A stretch of 49,387 nucleotides of DNA, counting the filler, from Streblomastix strix (lineage: Eukaryota), in NCBI GenBank assembly GCA_008636045.1. It is 3 parts of 3 records of this genome, joined end to end, with 100 filler letters (N's around TTAATTAATTAA, not from the genome) between each part and the next. Parts side by side here need not be neighbours in the genome. Positions count along the whole stretch, not along the records: positions 33,002 to 49,387 come from SNRW01000822.1; 2 more parts are not named here. One strand, written 5' to 3'. A model generated the notes under the pieces. That model saw only the letters and a program-made list of their open reading frames with translations. It had not been told where the DNA came from and did not search any database. How positions within the stretch are numbered: position 1 is the stretch's first letter; each line of letters starts with the position of its first letter. Shown here piece by piece: positions 44,869 through 49,387 of this stretch. Position numbers and translations under genes: made by a program.

Positions 44869-45462
44869 CTTGGGTATTAATTTATGAGTTCAATCTTATA
44901 CAGTTATTTTATTTTTGAGAATTTTTTAAAGATTAGAGATTTTATGTTTATTTGTACTGAAACAGTGTAAGAAAATATGGGGGACCTTCAAGGTTTTTCA
45001 ATGATATATGACGAATGAAAAATGATTAATCGTAAAGATGAATATGAGAAAATATCTTATGGAGAAAATAGGTATAAAAAATTAAGGTTAATTGAGGAAA
45101 TTGAAGGTGACCAATTAATTCAAAATCACGAATGAACATGATTTTTGGATTCCTCGTATGTGATATGACCTTAGTGAAGAATATGAATGAGATATGAAAA
45201 ATTGAGAAAATTGATGAGATTTCAATGACTTATTTAAATATTTTAAAAATAATATATAGTCAATAAAAAATCAAAAAATATAGTGAAAAATAAATGTTTT
45301 CTGATTGGTTTGAAAATTGATCTCTTAGTCAATGTTCATACGCTGATCACAAATATAATGTCTAAAATGAGTGGATGGACTATTGGATATGGCTAAATAT
45401 GAAGAACAATTCGATTGATTAATGGAGTGGATGAATGATATGAATTGTCCATGCAATTGAAA

Positions 45463-45630
45463 TATGGCAGCCCTTTTGAAAATGGAACACGGATTTGTTC
45501 CACCATTAGTGTGTGTGTGCTAACGGAGTGGGTGAATGAAGTGATTTATCTAGGTGGAACAAGGAACGGAACGGAACAAATCCTAGAGACGCCAGCAATT
45601 TTTGTCTGCCATCTGCCATAAGCCATAAAT
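45463..45630 (+). repeat. 168-bp palindromic repeat, copy 1
   Basis: TATGGCAG...GGATTTGTTCCACC...GGTGGAACAAGGAACGGAACGGAACAAATCC...CTGCCATA. Confidence 0.95.
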
Positions 45631-45682
45631 TAAATAAAAATATGTTTTAAGAAACTATTTGAACTTTTTATCCGAAACTAAA

Positions 45683-48484
45683 ATGGCAACAGAAGAATTT
45701 TCAAAAGACAAATCAAACCAACAAACAAACGTGAAATGTGAGACACTTGAGAAAGGACCTAAACGTAAATATACTCGCAAATCGAAAGCTGATGAGAAAG
45801 CAAAAGAGATGATTGATCAAATGATTAATGAACAGACAAATGAATAGACAACTGAACCCACAAATAGAGAGATTATTGAAGAAAAATATGACTAGCGCAT
45901 AAGTGAATTACGTAATTAGCATGGATGATCTGATAAAGAATAAGATGAAAGAAGCTATTTAATATATCGATTAGAAAAAAATAGAGAAGATAATATATCT
46001 GAAGAAGTAATGCAACCGTTAGTGGAGTTATATATGTAAGAAAAAAATTCAAAAACAATAATTGAACGCGTTAAAGATGCTATGATTAACACAGTAAACT
46101 ATACAAAAATAGGTTAATAGGAAGGTAAAAAATAATAAATAACAGGTAAATTAATTGATTTATCATTAATGAGTGAAAATAATTTATGTGTTGTTGATAT
46201 AGACATTCATAAGGATAAGTCAATAGAAGAAATTGATAAAATTAGATAAAATTTAATTGATTCACTTCCACCAAATGTAGGTTTAGTAAAGACTGCTCAT
46301 GGAGGATTACATATCTATTGCAATAGAAATTTTTACCTATTACCTTCCAATCGTAATGTAAAAGTAGCTGTAACAGATAGTTTTGATATTGATGTATTTG
46401 CATAAATGACTAAATATAAAATTGAAAATGGATAAGAGACAAAAGAGATAGTACAGAATCGAGTAGTTGCTCCTAACACAGCTATTCGAGAAACTAAAAA
46501 TAATTAACGAGTTACACTCAAATATGAAGCAGTTAATGATTGGGAAAATGCATCACATTTAGCGAGCTTGAGAGAGATACTTGATAAATGGAATATAGAT
46601 ATTGAGATGTCATATAAAGATTACGCTTAGTAGTAACATGATAGAATATATGGAGTATAAATCAATGATGACGGAGCAATTGAATAAATGAATGATGAAC
46701 TTGCGTAAGCGTGTGTTGATGGGTTGAAGAACCTTGATATACATAACTATCCCCAACCAATCAATATGGAGGTATCTCTTCTAAGTATATTCTGTGGATT
46801 ATATGGTATCAGTAATGAATCAATTAGAGCTGAAGGAATGAAAAATATACGCTAATTCAACAAGCTATCTGCAAACGCTGATAAGAACTATGGATAAGCT
46901 TCATCTAATGGTGAACGCAAACCAAATCCATGGATTCTTACAAAAATCCTAAGGTATCATAACAAAGACTACTATGAATAGATAATTAAACCATTATTGA
47001 AAAAGAATTATGAAGTAAAAAAGAAGGAAAAATAAATACTAATTAACTAGACATTGATTCCAAATAAAATTGATCTAACTGATGATTTCACTCTACTTGA
47101 CATGTAAGAGAAAGCAGCTAACGGAGAATATGAAAATGAAGAATAAATTGTTATGGATTTAACTAGATTATTAGTCTACTATGAAGGTGAAACTGAAGAT
47201 ATATATGCGGTTAAAGGATATGATGCTATTTGTGATACACAAGTCTTATATCATAAATTAGAAGGAACAGTCTATATATAATTAGAGAAAATTAATATAA
47301 ATTTCAAGAATAAGAAAACTGATGAAAAAGATAACTCAAAACCAATAACTGTAAAACATATCTTTAAGAAATATGCTTCAAAATTTGTTAAGAAAGGATG
47401 TAAATTCATAAGTGATGATCCAAAAATTCTTACAGTATTCCAAGGGTATAAATATAAGAAATTAGATACAATTGATTATGAATGCTTGTAAATGTACTTC
47501 GATTTGATTAAAGAAACTATCGCTGCAGGTGATGAACGAGTCTATGAATACATCCTTAATTGGATGGCATGGTTGATACAAAATCCTGGAAAAAAATCGA
47601 GAGCTGCAATCGTATTACAAGGTAGATAAGGAATAGGTAAAAATAGATTTACTGATGTGATTGCTGAACTAACAAGTCGATACAGCTGTTCAAATATAAC
47701 AAACATAGACGAATTCACAGGAAGATTCAATTCAGTAGTTGAAAATAAAATGTTTGCAGTATTGAATGAAATGATGAATTATAATGACTCAAAGAAAGGT
47801 GTTGCAACAGTAATGAAATCAATAATTTCTGATCTAACTATAAGAATTAATGAAAAGAATTAGCCCAGAAGAACAGCTGAGAATGTAATGAATATAATCT
47901 ATGTAACAAACGCTGATATGCCTGTATAATTGGACACTGATGATAGACGTCATTTAGTATGCGCTTGTAAGACAGTTCATTAAGTGAGTGAAGAACATAA
48001 GGAAGATGTTGAATATTTTAATGAATTAAGCTAGAGCTATATTTAAGAGTTTTATGAAAATTTAATGACATTCCTACTCGAAAGAGATATTTCATAGTTC
48101 AATCCAACATTAATTCCAATGACTGAAGCAAAGAAATAACTGATAAATGTTAGTCGATCTCCAATAGATGATGTGATTATGGAACATTATGAGCAGTTCA
48201 AATAAGGAATTCCAATAGCTCTTGTAAATTAATGCAAACCGTAAAATTGGTAATTGAAAACATATAAGAATGCAAGGATACATAAATGTACAGAATAAAC
48301 GCCAAGAATTAATGGATTAAGAACTAGAGTGTACAAATTAAACGAAGATTAATTGAGATATTATGATAAAATGATGAGTGAAGAGGATATCGAAACATCC
48401 AATGCAAATTACTAGAAATATAAGAAAACAATTGAAGATAATGGACTCATTGATTAGGTAGTATAAGAGACAAAAGAAGAATGA
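45683..48484 (+). CDS. Prim-Pol (AEP) primase/polymerase fused to SF3 (D5-like) helicase; 934 codons with one in-frame TGA at 45926-45928
   Basis: AEP motifs LCVVDID, KTAHGGLHIY, VVAPNT. Walker A GRQGIGKN, Walker B AVLNE, motif C IIYVTN, Arg finger DDRR. Intronless, TAR=Gln. Confidence 0.92.
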
Positions 48485-48511
48485 AAATGAATTTATTTTT
48501 GTTCAAAGATT

Positions 48512-48679
48512 TATGGCAGGCATTTTGAAAATGGAACACGGATTTGTTCCACCATTAGTATGTGTGCGCTAGCGGAGTGGGTGAATGAAGTGATTTGTCT
48601 AGGTGGAACAAGGAACGGAACGGAACAAATCCTACAGACGCCAGCAATTTTTGTCTGCCATCTGCCATATGCCATAAAT
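48512..48679 (+). repeat. 168-bp palindromic repeat, copy 2 (direct; 8 mismatches to copy 1)
   Basis: Ungapped by-eye alignment to 45463-45630. Confidence 0.95.
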
Positions 48680-48904
48680 GAAAATATTGATGTGATGTGT
48701 TGGAGACATGACCATTATTTTTGAAAATGAATGATTCTATGATAATTGAAAATCCTTCAATATATTTGCGAAAATGAAGGTGGAACAATTTTGAAAGCTG
48801 ACTATTCTGATGGCTGCCATAAATGAATTGTTATGGCAGAGCAATTTAGGTAGAATATTTGTTAGCTGTTCAAATTATGATTCAAAATGAAGGATTATCA
48901 AATT

Positions 48905-49063
48905 ATGGCAGATGGCAGCACTTTTCCACAAACTCAAAAATTTCTGTTCCGTTCCGTTCCACGTTCCACCTATAGATTTATATAATATTATCTATGATTC
49001 TAGCACATACACACTAGTACGTGGAACAAATGGAACAATTTCAAATCGGACCCCTGCCATAAA
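48905..49063 (-). repeat. Diverged inverted third copy of the palindromic repeat
   Basis: TATGGCAGATGGCAG...TGTTCCGTTCCGTTCC..GTTCCACCTA...TAGCACATACACACTA...GTGGAACAAAT...CTGCCATAAA follows the reverse complement of copies 1 and 2. Confidence 0.8.
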
Positions 49064-49110
49064 GTTTTATAATTATTATTGCTACTCATTAATTCAAAAA
49101 TAAATCATAT

Positions 49111-49387
49111 TCATTAGTTATATTGATCAATTATATCGCTAATTTAAAGTAAATCCTATACGTTAGTTATGATAGTTTTCTAAAGACGTCGAATCAAAAG
49201 GAGTTACAAATCGTTGGCAGTTGCTCGGAATTCCTATCGCTGTATTCTATACTTTTATTATGCACGGGATCGTTACTCTGCGGCAATGCGTTCGGCTTCT
49301 TCTTGTGAGCTATATTTTTTAGGTCTACCTCTTTATTCTATTTTCTCCTCATTTAATTATGTCTATTGAATAGGATTAACTGCTTGA
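49111..49387 (-). CDS. Small basic AT-hook-like (RGRPKKY) protein, 5' truncated
   Basis: EQRGRPKKYSSQEEAERIAAEQRSRAQQKYRIQRQEFRATANDLQLLLIRRLQKTIITNVQDLLQISDIIDQYNQ*. Confidence 0.7.

Larger units (their letters stand above)
44542..49387. mobile_element. Terminal part of a second Polinton-like element (primase-helicase end)
   Basis: AGTAGT terminus, Prim-Pol/SF3 gene, and an AT-hook ORF shared with the contig-2 element. Confidence 0.65.

Noticed and set aside
45463..48679. Direct repeats as LTRs of a retrotransposon
   Set aside because: No TG...CA ends, PBS/PPT, RT or integrase; the enclosed gene is a primase-helicase.

Overview
The window is three unrelated contigs (1-16406, 16507-32901, 33002-49387; lengths 16406/16395/16386, apparently size-sorted) joined by artificial N44-TTAATTAATTAA-N44 linkers. 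The DNA is AT-rich and eukaryotic, has short GT-AG introns, and reads with TAA/TAG = Gln and TGA as the only stop. The supplied ORF track (standard code) is therefore mostly artefact. The code, introns and IFT52 fit a flagellated protist such as the oxymonad Streblomastix (inference). Host genes: HUS1, the 3' part of IFT52, a two-C2-domain poly-Q protein, a SPRY-like protein, a dual-specificity phosphatase and two large low-complexity proteins. Mobile DNA: (1) two convergent decayed His-Cys-box-like endonucleases; (2) a decayed DIRS-type retrotransposon; (3) a decayed Polinton-like endogenous virus (pPolB, integrase fragment, penton-like, KilA-N, AT-hook and amphipathic ORFs); (4) a pogo/Tc5-type DDE transposase fused to an OTU-like protease; (5) the end of a second Polinton-like element, whose Prim-Pol/SF3 helicase gene lies between two 168-bp palindromic direct repeats. 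Both Polinton-like elements begin with a short AGTAGT...ACTACT self-inverted terminal module. All translations and alignments were done by eye, with no database search.
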